Shown one piece after another: positions 40,163 to 54,265 of a DNA stretch of 64,000 nt. Source of the DNA: Octopus sinensis (taxonomy: Eukaryota); NCBI RefSeq assembly GCF_006345805.1, contig NC_043019.1:7005360-7069359 (forward strand). The letters run 5' to 3'. Within the stretch, counting starts at the first letter, position 1, and every line of letters begins with the position of its first letter. The position numbers and the translations under genes are program-made. Below the pieces are notes generated by a model. That model had not been told where the DNA came from. It made no database searches and saw only the letters and a list, made by a program, of their open reading frames with translations.

Positions 40163-40242
40163 TATCAGGATGTTACGAAGAAGGTTTTTCCTGTGTGTCA
40201 GCGCTGATACACTGGAAAAACCTTCTTCGTAACATCCTGATA
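40163..40242. repeat. 80-bp loopless palindrome
   Basis: TATCAGGATGTTACGAAGAAGGTTTTTCCTGTGTGTCAGC|GCTGATACACTGGAAAAACCTTCTTCGTAACATCCTGATA; 2 mismatches. Confidence 0.95.
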
Positions 40243-40379
40243 AAGCATTTCATACCATTTTTTTTAAAACAATTTTAAAAAAATCAACTTTAACTGTATT
40301 AAGCAATTTTCATAAGCATTTAAATATGTATATGTGTGTGTATGCGTCTCTTTGTGTGTGTGTACACACACACACACAC

Positions 40380-40492
<113 letters not shown>

Positions 40493-41520
40493 CATATATA
40501 TATATGTGTGGTGGGGAAGGCGCGTGGCTTAGTGTATAGGGTGTCAGCAGGATGATAGGATGATCGTAAGATTGTGGTTTCGATTCCTGGACACAAGAAT
40601 CTCTCGCAAACACCACCTAGTCATGGCTGATCCAGAAAGTCAGATTCAAATATTGACACATCGTAAATTTTCTAGCAACAACTGCTGTTCTCAGCAGCAG
40701 GTCCCATGGACGAATGTGGCCCTCAAGTATCCTTGTAGTGGTGTTCAACGGTATTTCCTCAATAAATATAAAAAACTTTTCTTTAATGGACTTTCGTTTT
40801 ACTTTATTTCGTGGGTTCAACTCTCTAAAAAATTGCAGTCTTTTTTGTATGTGGCCGGGATATCAAAATGTTTGACAACCATAGCGCTACATGCTTAGTC
40901 ATCAACATAAATAAATACTCAACTTTTCAAGAAATGAAATATAAAGTTAATATGTAAATGCATTCCCAAATTCCTCTCCTATAATTAATAATCTTTGCGA
41001 AATATATTAATATACGTTAGCCAGTATTTCATCCATAAATCTTCTTCCAGTATAGTAACCCCTTAATAAAATGAAGTGATTTTCACGATAAAAATTTATG
41101 TAAATAATATTTATTCATAGGCACGTAAGCATAAAAATTGTTAAAATTATCTGGTTTTATGTCCAGCTTCATCTCAGTGTGTGTATGGGTATCGCTAAGC
41201 ATGTCTTTTATAAATTTGGTAAACACTTTTTCCGAAAAATCTGCTATACGTATAATTTCGCTGCGAATATGTTAAATATAAATAACAAAAAATAATAAAG
41301 CTGAAGCAACCGCCAATATCTAAGTAAAAATCTCAAACAACCAGCTTCATATAAAGTTTTTGTAACTATCTTAACTCCGTAAATAGCCCAGATAATAATT
41401 CATGACTTTCGGAATCGATGATTTATTGAGAAAAAAATATATATATACAGCTGATAATTCAAGATTCCAGATATTATATTTCGGTAACTAAAAATAAATT
41501 TAACGGGCGATTTATTCAAC

Positions 41521-41557
<37 letters not shown>

Positions 41558-42028
41558 TTCATTTTTCTGTTATTTTTTCTTAAATTCGAAAAGAATACCA
41601 GAAAGTAGTTTCTCAAATGTCTATATCGTTTATTCAAAATATTTCTGATAGAAAAGCACAGAGTTCTTTCGAATATCTTGCATGCCAAACTTCTGAAAAA
41701 AAAAGGGGGTAACTAAGTTTGTAATTTCGCCTCCAAGACAAAACCGACATGTTATCTCATCAGTGTTATATCATAAAGAACTGGTTCCTTGATGTGGCCA
41801 TGAATCAAAATGTCTGCCATATTTCAAACCATGTTATAAGGAAGAAAAGCTGTTTAGTAGCATACAAATTAACCCACTCCTGAGAGGAAAAAAGATGTAA
41901 AACATTTAAAATGTCCGTTCATAATAAAAGAATTTGTAATTCTACTTTTTTTTATCTTTCGCTTTCTGTCAGGCACCAAGGAGACCAGCGACCAAAGGTC
42001 TGAATGATTTATGCCACATCGTTTCAAC

Positions 42029-42437
42029 TTTACTCTTTTACTCTTTTACTTGTTTCAGTCATTTGACTGCGCCCATGCTGGAGCACCGCCTTTAGTCGAG
42101 CAAATCGACCCCGGGACTTATTCTTTGTAAGCCCAGTACTTATTCTATCGGTCTCTTTTCCCGAACCGCTAAGTGACGGGGACGTAAACACACCAGCATC
42201 GGTTGTCAAGCAATGCTAGGGGGACAAACACAGACACACAAACATATACACACACACTTATATATATATACATATATACGACAGACTTCTTTCACTTTCC
42301 GACTACCAAATCCACTCACAAGGCATTGGTGGGCCCAGGGCTATAGCAGAAGACACTTGCCCAAGATGCCACGCAGTAGGACTGAACCCGGAACCATGTG
42401 GTTGGTTAACAGGCTACTTACCACACAGCCACTCCTG
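42029..42437 (-). mobile_element. SINE family B, full length, young
   Basis: Very similar to the reverse complement of 57852-58263. Confidence 0.92.
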
Positions 42438-42534
42438 AATGTAAAAGTTTAATAGTCTGGCCGGGTTTATACAATTGTTTATTTTTTTGTCTAATTCATT
42501 CTATATATGTATGTACTTATCATCCATTGTCTGT

Positions 42535-42790
42535 TATCTTTTACTTGCTTCAGTCGTTAGAATGCGGTCATGCTGGGGCATAGCTTCGATGAATTTCTAG
42601 TCGAAGGAATTGACTCCAGTACTTTTGGTGTTAAATCTTGGTACTTATTCAATCACTTTCTTTTGATGACACACTTGGTGTGAAGGTAAACAAACCAACA
42701 GAGGTTGTCAAGCAGTGGCGCGGAGAAACGCGGATACAAACACACACACACAGACATAAATATACATAAACACACATATATACATAAACA
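42535..42790 (-). mobile_element. Degenerate SINE family B 3' half
   Basis: TTTTACTTGCTTCAGTCGTTAGAATGCGGTCATGCTGG. Confidence 0.7.
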
Positions 42791-42797
42791 TGTATAT

Positions 42798-42834
<37 letters not shown>

Positions 42835-42917
42835 CGTGTGTGTGTATAATATGTATGTATGCATGTATCTATGTCTCTATCTTGCTATCTCTCTATCTAT
42901 ATCTACATCTCTAGCTG

Positions 42918-43017
<100 letters not shown>

Positions 43018-43084
43018 TGTGTGTGTGTGTGTGTAGTTAAAATTTACAGAAATACAAAAGCCAAGACAGGTGTATAAACAAGAA

Positions 43085-43195
43085 GCAGGTGTACTGGTTT
43101 CACGCTCGGGAAGGTGAGAAAGTCGTTTATGTTTCGAGCCTACGCCCGTCAATAGAAAGGAACACGGGGAAATAAACTGAGAGAGAATGTATGTA
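43085..43195 (-). mobile_element. Hammerhead-like repeat family D
   Basis: Reverse complement CTATTGACGGGCGTAGGCTCGAAACATAAACGACTTTCTCAC. Confidence 0.65.
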
Positions 43196-44302
43196 TGCAT
43201 GTGTATATTAATGTGGGCAGCTGGGTGCGATATAAACTGTATGAGCAAAATTTTATTCGTAACTTATTGTGACTTTATATGCTACAAGCACATATATTGC
43301 TAGGAGTAATATTTGGACCTAATATAGCTAGTTAAAAGCTCATTTATATATGCTGTCAGGGTAGATTACTGCCCCATGAGCGAAGCAAAGCTAGAACACT
43401 GGACTGCCCAGTTCCATCCTAATAGAAATTGTCCTCAATCTGCCTCATTCATAAGTGTTTGTTTCGATGTATATAATATTTTATGGTCTCTGGTTATAAC
43501 ACAAAATTGTTACTACAGCTCTCATCAGCATCTTCCTCTAATAAATAATCAGCACACTATAACATGATTAAACGTTTTGTTACTGTTGCTGTATCTTCAA
43601 ATACTATTGTTGTTCTCATTATTGTTGCTGCTGTTCTTAGGAGATCAAAGTTAAGCTTATTCATACCGAGTCTGAATGAACCTATCTTTGATCCAATTGT
43701 TTAAGCGATCATCAAAGAATTTCCTCTCCTCTTAGCTTATTTATTCTTTGGGGGGTGTTGGTGATGGTAAGGGTTCCATTTTTAAAGCTTAATCTACCCA
43801 GAAGCACATTATTTCGAATATTGGAACACAAAGATATTTTCAATCATTTATGTATTTATATAGAAACTGTCAAATCTGATTGGTTGAGATTTGTCTGCTA
43901 TTTCTAACTGGTCGAACGACCGCATTTCCCCTTTCTGGCTTTTTGGCTTTTAGCAACTATAAAGTCATATTGAATAACAATGCACCGTATCACACAGTGC
44001 GATATGACATGTTATGGGAATAATCAATAATGCATATCGAAATAATATAATAGAGGTGAGATGGCCGAGTGGATAACGCACTCAATTATTTGTTTATAGA
44101 TGGAAAAGTCAAATCCATAACAAGCATTCGATTGTGTGTCTTCATGTCAGCAGAACTAATTCTTCTAACATGATATGCTGCTATTTCGAACGATAGCCTT
44201 AGGAATCGGTGGCTCTCATTCTGTTTAATGTTTCGAAGCCACGTTTAGAGTTTTCAACGTTAAATTAGGTTGAATATTTTACCAGAAAAATTTTACTTGT
44301 AA

Positions 44303-45087
44303 AGCGGCGAGCTGGCAGAAACGTTAGCGCGCCGGGCGAAATGCTTATTAGCATTTCGTCTGCTGCTACGTTCTGAATTCAAATTCCGCCGAGGTCGACT
44401 TTGCCTTTCATCCTTTCGGGGTCGACTAAATAAGTACCAGTTTCGCACTGGAGTTGATATAATCAACTTAATCTGTTTGACTGTCCTTGTTTGTCCTCTC
44501 TGTGTTTAGCCCCATTGTGGTAGTAATGATATAGGTATTTAGTATGTCGTTTCGCTCTGGGTTTCAAATTCCACCGAGGTCGACTTTGCCTTTCATCCTT
44601 TCGGGGTCGATTAAATAAGTACCACTTTCGCACTGGAGTTGATATAATCAACTTAATCCGTTTGACTGTCCTTGTTTGTCCTCTCTGTGTTTAGCCCCTT
44701 GTGGGTAGTAAAGATATAGGTATTTCGTCTGTCGTTTCGCTCTGGGTTTCAAATTCCACCGAGGTCGACTTTGCCTTTCATCCTTTCGAGGTCGATTAAA
44801 TATGTACCAGTTACGCACTGGGGTCGATATAATCGACTTAATGCGTTTGTCTGTCCTTGTTTGTCCTCTCTGTGTTTACTCCCTTCTGGGTAGTAAAGAA
44901 ATAGGTATTTCTTCTGCTGTTACGTTCTGAGTTCAAATTCTACCGAGGTCGACTTTACCGTTCATCCTTTCGGGGTCGATAAATTAAATACTAGTAACGC
45001 ACTGGGGGTCGATGTAATCGATTTACTCCCTTTGTCTGTCCTTGTTTGCCCCTCTATATTTAACCCCATGTGGGCAATAAAGATATA
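44303..45087 (+). mobile_element. SINE family A tandem tetramer (one head plus three headless 185-bp units)
   Basis: Junctions GG-TATTT at 44534, 44719 and 44904. Confidence 0.92.
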
Positions 45088-45873
45088 AGAAAACTATTTC
45101 TTTGTAACTTGTGGGATCTGTGGGAAATACGCGTTAAATGAACGTTCTTGGTTCTTTTAGATCGTCTGTTTTGTCGACCGTCCGCAATATTCTGTTTATA
45201 TACAAAACATTTCTGTGATATCGTTATATCTTTGATTTGTTTTGATATTTGAGCAGAGTAATACTGAAACTTATTTCATTGTAGCAAATATTTTGGCTGC
45301 ATCATACTTCCCGTCCATGTTTAATACTATTCTAATAATAATAATAATAATAATAATCATACTGTAGAAAAGATGTCGGTTATATCTTCGATTTTCACCC
45401 ATTGCTATAATTGCTCAGTTTGTGACCCTCAAACTTGGTTCATTATAGTAATGATCGTCATTATAGCATTCATTTCCTTCAATATTTAAAAGCTGCATAA
45501 ATAGTAACACTCTAGCTTGCTTCATTGTGGTAAAGATTTCAGTTTTATCTCAGAATATTTTCAATAGTAAAACCTGTTTAAAATGTGGCACTTGAACACG
45601 GCACCAAGCAGAAAATACTCTCCATTATTTTACATTGCACCCAGTTCTTTTATAATTTTTTTTTTAAAACAAGGATTTTATTTTCACTTTTTTTTTGCAA
45701 CTGGAATTAACTGAAACATGATAACCTAGAATGACCTACGTTTAAGTTTAATAATTCATTGGAAAACGATCAGGAATAGATTGAAACGAACGAAAGAAAA
45801 AGAAAACAGGAAACGAATGAAGGATAGAAAAGTTGTTATAGCTTTTAGTTTTAATCTGTTTATAATTTGTTGT

Positions 45874-46510
<637 letters not shown>

Positions 46511-46590
46511 GTGTTCTTTGTCTATAACTTCGTTTCGAAATTTCAATACATTTTACCTTTTGATTTTTTAAATTCTTTTAAAATATATAA

Positions 46591-46788
46591 TCCTTTCTAC
46601 TAAAGGCTCAAGGCCTGAATTTTTTGTGGTGAGGGGGCCAGCCGATTACATCGACCCCAGTAATTCACTGGTACTTAATTTATCGACCTCGAAAGGATGA
46701 AAGGCAAATTAGACTCAGCGGAATTTGAACGTAAAGAAAAGACGAAATGCTATTAAGCATAATGCTAACGATTCTACCAGTTCGTCAC
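46591..46788 (-). mobile_element. SINE family A
   Basis: GATTACATCGACCCCAG...GAAAGGATGAAAGGC. Confidence 0.82.
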
Positions 46789-47834
46789 CCTGTTTGATTT
46801 TTCTTTTTTTTCTGTATATATTGACGTTGTACCGAGTAAGAAAAGAATAAAAATAAATACACACGCATTTATCGCCTTCGAAGTTCCTTAAATATTGCTA
46901 ACATTTCTGCTATAGAGGATGGTCTTGATTAACATTTCTAAATCAACGTCAATATTGGTATTCCAGGGACCAGACATGCTGTGCAAACAAAGTTAGTCAT
47001 GGCGTGCGTTTGTTGCGGTCTAGCATAGATGGGGGTGAACGAAATACATATGACGGCAAGTGTATCGGTTCGATCAGCACTAACACTCATCGATTATCTC
47101 ACTGCGAACCATTATATTTGGATCTAATCTTTATCTTCCGATTTCGTAACAGCATGGAAACGTTCCGCTGTGTAACACAATCCATTTAATATTCAACAAA
47201 CTACTCGTGTCCCAGTTCATATCTTCCATCTTCGATAACGATTCTCTCTAATCGATATATCCGATTCGAGCACCAGAGCATACGTTACATAAATATATAG
47301 TTTAATACAAATCAGAGAAGTGGGATTGTTAATATAGATGTTGTTCTTGTCTTTCTGCTGCTGCTGCTGTTGCTGCTATGGTTGTTTCCATTGTCCTCGG
47401 TGTTGCTGTTCCAGTTTAGTCACATCTCAACCCCGTTCGATTCAGCAAATCTGTTTTCCAATAAAAGAGACTCGTGGAGGTTTCCATTAGACGGGCAGCC
47501 CTAGACTACTATTTTGGGGTTTGCTTTTTAAGTTTGTATAAGCCAGGGAATGGGAGCCGCCAAATTAAGGACTACCCAAACGACACACATTCTATTTACG
47601 CCCCTGCTACAAACAGATGCATGCCAAATGCGACCATCCCATTCATTGTATATCAGTTTCTATATTGTTCAGTACGTATTTCCTAAACCAATCACGTACT
47701 GAGGTCCATGTAAGCGACTTTTCCTCTCCTCAGTGGCCCGTTCAGGAGAATATTGTGATTTCAGCCCCTTATATCCGAGAGAAACAGACTGACAGGCCTT
47801 ACACATAGAAAGTATGTCTAAGACAGCGATCTGT

Positions 47835-48575
47835 CAGAATAGTTGGAATGCCAGGCAAAATGTTTCTGGCATTTTGTTCGTCTTTACGTTGAGATTCAAA
47901 TTATGCCGCGATCGATTATGCTTTTCCCCCGTTCGGGGTCGATAAATTAGGTAGCAGTTGACGACTGTGCCAAAATCTGAAATCGTTACTATAAGCACGG
48001 CTGAAGGCGGTGAGCTGGCAGTATCGTTAGCACACCGAGCGAGTTGCTTTGCGGTATTTCATCTGTCGCTACGTTCTGAGTTCAAATTCCGCCGAGGTCG
48101 ACTCTGCCTTTCATCCTTTCGGGGTCGATAAATTAAGTACCAGTTACGCACTGGGGTCAATGTAATCGACTTAATCCGTTTGTCTGTCCTTGTTTGTCCT
48201 CTCTGTGTTTAGCCCCTTGTGGGTAGTGAAGAAATAGGTATTTCATCCGTTTTTGCCTTCTCAATTCGAATTCCACCGAGGTTGACTTTACCTCTTACTC
48301 TTCCGAGGTCAATAAAATAAGTACAAGTCGAGCATTGGCGTCAATGTAATCGCCCTATCTCCACCCTGAAATTGCTAACCTCGTGCCAAAATTTGAAATC
48401 ATTATTATAAGCATGTCTAAAGCAACGAGCTGGCACAATTGTTCGCGTGCCGGGCAAAACCCTAGGTCGATAAAATAAATACCAGCTGTGCACAGGGTCG
48501 ATGTAATCGACTTACCCCTTCATCGAAATTGCAGGCCATGTACCGGTATCCCAAAGAATTGTTTTAAGCATGTCT
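47835..48575 (+). mobile_element. Tandem run of four SINE family A copies or fragments
   Basis: Degenerate 47835-47995, full 48006-48236, headless 48237-48410, deleted 48421-48560. Confidence 0.8.
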
Positions 48576-49849
48576 CTTATAGATTGTTCACTTTTTTTGA
48601 CAATGGAAAAATGTCTTGATGGAAATTTCTCCTGCTAATTTAATAAAATAAACCGTATTATTATTTTCTCTTAACATTTATTAAATTCAATTACATTTCA
48701 TTTAATATTATTATATTTCCATTACTGTTCGTAGCCACACAATTGCAAAATGGTTACATCTCTTAGTCACGAACAAATTAACTAATTACGGGTACATTAA
48801 TTTCATTACATTTATTTAATTTTGAAAAAGGAATAAAAATATTGATGGAGATAGGTAAATATATTTGGTGGAAATATTTGATAAAAATTAATATGGTTTC
48901 ATAATTTATTTTTTGATCAGACAAAAGGGAAACAAATTCAAATTGACATTCAGGTTGATTTTTTTTCTAGATTTTATAGAACAATACCAATATATAGTAA
49001 AGATTGTTTGCCAACATAACATGGCAGTTCTGGTACCCAGCTTGGTGATTCTGTTAAAGACAAAGGCAGGCCAAACGCCATTACGTGTTCGATGTAGAAT
49101 ATCAGAACATTTTCTATCAAAACAGTTCCATCTCGGTAGCTTTACAAATTTTCTGTAAGCACGGCCTGGGTTTTGCAGCTGGAGAGCTTTAGCCAATACA
49201 AGATAAACCCTACAAACAGAGAAGAGATGTCAGTCGAAGATGCGTGTAGATCACTTAAACCATTTTGCAAGGACTGTCTTGTAGAGATATTTTGAACTGC
49301 TGCGCAGCATATAGAAAAGATCTCGCTTTGGGTCAAAAATATTTTTGATGGTTTCCCCGCCGCTTTGGCCGCAAAGGACAAACAATTTCTCTGTACCTGC
49401 TTTTAAGGACGTAGTAATGATTGTATTATTGAGAAAACACTTTATCCAGGAGTTCATCAGTTACTTCGAGTTCTACTTGGAATAAAAGATGGTAGTGGAC
49501 ACGAAGGTGCTGCTTTCCAACGAATTGCCATGAAAGGGGATGTGAGGGGCAATAACAGCTCCAATATACGAGGACTTTTACTCAACATCCTCCCATGGCC
49601 AATGAACAATGCTGGGAGAGAGAACTCACGGAAATATTGGATGTATGGCATTCTTTGATGGAACTTAAATAACTTATCCTTAATTTATAAAGTTTCCTTT
49701 CGAACTTGAAACCTTTCTGTTGTTATTTTTGTAAACTGATTCTCTGTAAAATATTTCCCATTTTTTTAATTGTTTCTTTATTATTATTTTTCGCATTGTG
49801 TGTACTTGTAATGTACTCTCAACCTTCAAACCTGTACTAAAATGAATCA

Positions 49850-50290
49850 TCGTCGTCGTCATCGCCACCGCCGCCGTTATCATCATCATAATCATCATCA
49901 TCATCATCACCACCACCACCAACAACAACATGAACCCCACCACCACCATCATCATCATCATCATCACCATCATCATCATTAATGTCGTCGTCATCGTCGT
50001 TGTTGTTGCTGCTGCTGCTGCTACTAATACTACTATTACTACAACTACTACTATCACTACCACCACCACCACCACCTCCACCGCTACCACTCTTGTGGCT
50101 AATATAACTAATTATCATCAGCATCATCACCATCAACATCGTCGTCATCATCTTCTCGTCTCGCCGTCGTCTTTATTATCATCATTATCATTCTCCTCCT
50201 CTTCCTCATTATTGTTGCTGTTTTTGTTGTTGCTATCGCTGCTATTGTTGTTGTTGTTGTTGCTGTTATGCTATGTTGTGTTTTCAAAAA
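49850..50290. repeat. Mixed (CAT/ACC/GTT/ACT)n low-complexity tract
   Basis: Directly visible. Confidence 0.9.
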
Positions 50291-51261
50291 AGAAAAAAAA
50301 TACAAACAAAAAAGCAAAAAAAGCAAAAACGAAACCCTCATATAATCAGGTATATGTTAAATTGATATTAAATTGTATTCCATACATGTTGTTACACGAT
50401 ATTCATTTGCTAACATTGGCACCAGACCAACAAATTCATGCTTCAAGAGAACACTTGATTACATCGACACATTGTTGTTGTTGTTGCTGTTATTTTCGTC
50501 GATTTTTTTTTTAAGGTAATGGCGGTTACGGCAATGGCGATGATAATGTCGGTTTTGGTGTTGGTGGCTGCCGGGATGGTTCCATTGTTATTTCTGTTAT
50601 TGCTGCAGTTCCTGTTGTTTCGTTTTAATTTTTCTTTTTTGTGTTAATTTTTCCCTCCCATTGCTGCATTTCCTGTTACTCGGTTCTCCTGGTGATGCCG
50701 ATGATGTTACCGTTTAGTTTTTTTGTGTTACTTAACGGTCAGGCCAGCTCTAATGGAGTAGACTAGTAGTCAAGCATGTTCCAGCTGTGTACATCTTGCC
50801 TTTCTTCCAAACACAATGTACCTAAAACCATATTATTGTTTATTTCTCCTTCTTTTGTTTCCAACGGCTGAATTTGAGTGCAAATTTCGGGCTGATTCTA
50901 CCACGTAGAAACTTCGTTCTTGGCTCGCATTGTTGTTAACATTGTTTAACACAAGATTGTTCTTAGTCGAGCCCGTCTATGTTATATAATTGAAGTGCCC
51001 TTATTTAAAAATAAAAATTAGTTCATAATTTCAAGGTTATTTGACTGCTTTTTTCTAACATGCTAAGCGATCCTGTACAATTTCTGTCATTAGAGCGGTA
51101 AATGAGAGATTTTATATTTTAAGTACATTCGTTTATTTTAACCCTGTCTGAATTGCGTTCCTGTATCTAACTTTACCCTCCACTTGGGCTTCCGAGGGAA
51201 AATAAATAGTTGCATATACAGTTCAGCTTCACAAATAAACTCAGGAGAATAATAATGATAA

Positions 51262-51475
51262 TAATCCTTTCTAATATAGGCACAAGACCTGGATTTTCTG
51301 GGGAGGGGTACAGTCGATCACATCGACCCCAGTACGCGACGGGTACTTAATTTATCGACCCTGAAATGGTAAAAGTCAAAGTCGACCTCTGCGTATTTTG
51401 AACTCAGAACGTAAAGACAGACGAAATATCGTTAAACATTTCGACCGGCGTTTTCGCCGACTTTCTCACTGCCTT
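51262..51475 (-). mobile_element. SINE family A
   Basis: Reverse-complement body and tail match. Confidence 0.8.
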
Positions 51476-51502
51476 AATATTAACACTAATCAACATCTAT
51501 CG

Positions 51503-52675
51503 CAGTGTTTCCCAACCCTTTTATTGAAATGAATGGCCCAAAAGTAGGTTTATAGTTATCACGCAATCACTTTGATATTCTTTTGAAACATTTTATTGCA
51601 CGTAAATTTCTATCTTACAATTAACTAAATTAGCAGAGAATAATGCTTTCATAAGTTTTTATCGTTAAGACCTAAACCGTTGATATATGAATGCAAAAGA
51701 GTTTCTTGAATAACTAAATATACTTTTCGGCTACACTCTATATATTGGCTCATAAACAATGCAGTTTTATCAACTGCATGAACTAAATGTCGTACTTATA
51801 CTTAGTGCAAGTTTTGAAGATTGCTATTTGATTTTACGTTATATTTCAAAGCTATAATGGAAGTGACAAAGGAGCATATTCGGCATATTTTGCTTTATTA
51901 GTTTAATAAGGGCAACAATGCTACGGAAAGTGCGAGGAATATTAATACAGTATACAGAGATCGGACAATAAACCTAAGGCAGTGTCAGTGGTGGTTCCAG
52001 AAATTACGATCCGAAAGCTAGAGTCTAGAAGACGAGCCTCGTCCTGGAAGTTCTGTAGATCTCAACGAGGACATCTTGAAAACCGTGGTGGAACAAAATC
52101 CCATCGTAACTGTTGAGGAACTATCAGAGAATCTTGGATTTGGTCATTCAATTAGTCATTTCAAGTAAGCACTAGAAGAAAAACGACCATCTTTGGTTTC
52201 AACACGAAAGGCGTTCTTCCGTTAGGATAACGCTCGGCCACATACAGCGAGGATGACATTCCAAAGGCTGGATAGGCAAATTTTCCCCACCCACCATATT
52301 CGCGGGATATTGACCCACCTGATTATGATATATTCCGCAGTCTTTAAAATCATTTGGACAGAAAAAATATGAATTCTGTAGACGAAATCAGAACAGTCAC
52401 GGACGAATGAATTTTGGTAGAGGGGCCTTACAAGTCTAGCAGATAGATGGAAGAACATTGTGGAAAATGAAGGAGAGTATACTTTAGATTAAAAAAGAGC
52501 ATTGTTTATCTTAACTTTGAAACATAAAATAAGTATAGAAAAACCGCATTATTTATAGGTTGACCCAATATATATAAGTATGTATATATTTTATATATGT
52601 ATATATTTTATATATGTATATATTTTATATGAGATTTAGTTCACGGACCACCAGGGGTCTGCGGACCCCAGTTTG
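51503..52675. mobile_element. hAT-like non-autonomous element hosting a mariner
   Basis: Left end CAGTGTTTCCCAACC; right remnant GGGGTCTGCGGACCCCAGTTTG (truncated). Confidence 0.55.
51743..52570 (+). mobile_element. Internally deleted mariner transposon (transposase pseudogene)
   Basis: MEVTKEHIRHILLY*FNKGNNATESARNIN...LEDEPRPG; DNARPH; HPPYSRDIDPPDY; RWKNIVENEGEY; degenerate TIRs TATTGG..CATAAACAATGCAG / CCGCATTATTTATAGGTTGACCCAATA with TA flanks. Confidence 0.92.
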
Positions 52676-52709
52676 CTCTATAAGATCAACAATTGCAACA
52701 TATCAATAA

Positions 52710-52930
52710 GACGGAGAGCTGGCAGAATCGTTAGCACGCCGGACAAAATGCTTAGCGGCATTTCGTCAGTCTTCACGTTCTCAGTTCAAATTCCGCCGGG
52801 ACCCACTTCGCCTTTCATCCTTTCGGGGTCGATTAAATAAAACCAGTTGAACACTGCGTGTCGATGTAATCAACATGGCCTCCTCCCACATTCTTCGAAA
52901 TTGCTGGCTTTGTGCCAAAATGTGAAATCA
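52710..52930 (+). mobile_element. SINE family A
   Basis: GAGCTGGCAGAATCGTTAGCACGCCGG head. Confidence 0.88.
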
Positions 52931-53660
52931 ATTAGAACATAACAGCAAGAACAACAACAACAGTAACACCAATAACAACTACCAGCACCGACAACAATAA
53001 CAACAAAACAAACTCCACCAATAACAACAACAACGACGACGATAACAACAACATCCACAACATCAACGTAATCAAGAAAGCCAACAGGAACTGCAACAAT
53101 ACAGCTGTAATGAACAACAACAAGAACAAGAACAACAACAACAACAACAACTATAATAATAAAAGCAACAATCACTGTGAGGCATTGATTAAGTATCGAA
53201 TCGTTTGTTTGTTTTTCTTTCTTGTATCTCAATCTAAATTCGAAGATGCAGACCTAATTTGGAAATCAGAGTCAAATCATTTATTTATTAATAGCAATGA
53301 ACGATGCTGCGTAACGTTGGCACAGGTCCAACGGCTGTATGTTAGGAGATGATTATTTGAGAGGCCATAACTGACTCCAGTAAATGTTACATGTATCGTG
53401 AAATCCACGAAGGATTTATAAATCAACTGCTTTGGTCTATCAGGGTCTCCAGCGGTCATACATGCCGCCGCCGGGTTTTTGCATCGAAGTAATTAATCGT
53501 TATAGAAATATAAATGTAAGCATGGGCCAACGAGGAACCGGAGAGATAATGTGAATGGCCTTAAACGGACGCTGGAGGAGTTAGAAATAGCAGCTAAATT
53601 GCGATCATATTACTTTAAAAGCAATTTTTAAAAAAAGTTAAAGAAGAGACATTGTATTTT

Positions 53661-54045
53661 CAGAGGCGTGGCTGTCTGATAAAGAGTTTCCTTCCGACAC
53701 CACAGGGTTCCGGGTTCAGTCCCACTGCGTGGAAACTTGTACAAGTCTCATGTACTGTGGCCCGAGGTCGACCAAGGCCATGAGAGTGGATTTGGAAGGC
53801 GGAAACTGCAAGAAGCCATCGTATATATATATATATATATATATATGAGTGTCTGTGTCTGCCTTACAAAACCGGTGTTTGTATGTTTACATTCCCTTAA
53901 ATCAGTAGTTCGGCAAAAGACAGCAATATAATTATTACAAGGCTTATCGATAAGTCGATTACATTGACCCGAGTTACTGACTGGTACTGATTTTATTCAA
54001 CGTGAATGGACATAGGGCAAAGTCGACGTTGGTGGAATTTGAACA
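53661..54045. mobile_element. SINE family B (+, partial) joined to a SINE family A fragment (-)
   Basis: GGGTTCAGTCCCACTGCGTGG...; AAAGTCGACGTTGGTGGAATTTGAAC. Confidence 0.7.
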
Positions 54046-54074
54046 TGGTAAGTTAAGTCGAAAGAAATGTTGCT

Positions 54075-54209
54075 GAAGGTCATGCGCACTCGTAGTTGTG
54101 ATGCATGTGCCTAATGTACCCTTATCAGACGGGTAGTCATGATGGGTATACTGGGCTTCGTATATTTTACCCCAGTTTCTCTTTGATGGCGTGTGCTACT
54201 CTCTCACTC
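54075..54209 (+). mobile_element. Retroelement 3'-end fragment ending on (AAT)n
   Basis: Homologous to 57323-57395; both run directly into AAT repeats. Confidence 0.55.

Positions 54210-54260
<51 letters not shown>

Positions 54261-54265
<5 letters not shown>

Noticed and set aside
40620-40890. hAT-like MITE end (TGTGGCCGGGATATCAAAATGTTTGACAACC)
   Set aside because: Only one degenerate terminus is visible
44303-45087. CRISPR-like or satellite array
   Set aside because: The units are SINE bodies with no unique spacers, in eukaryotic context
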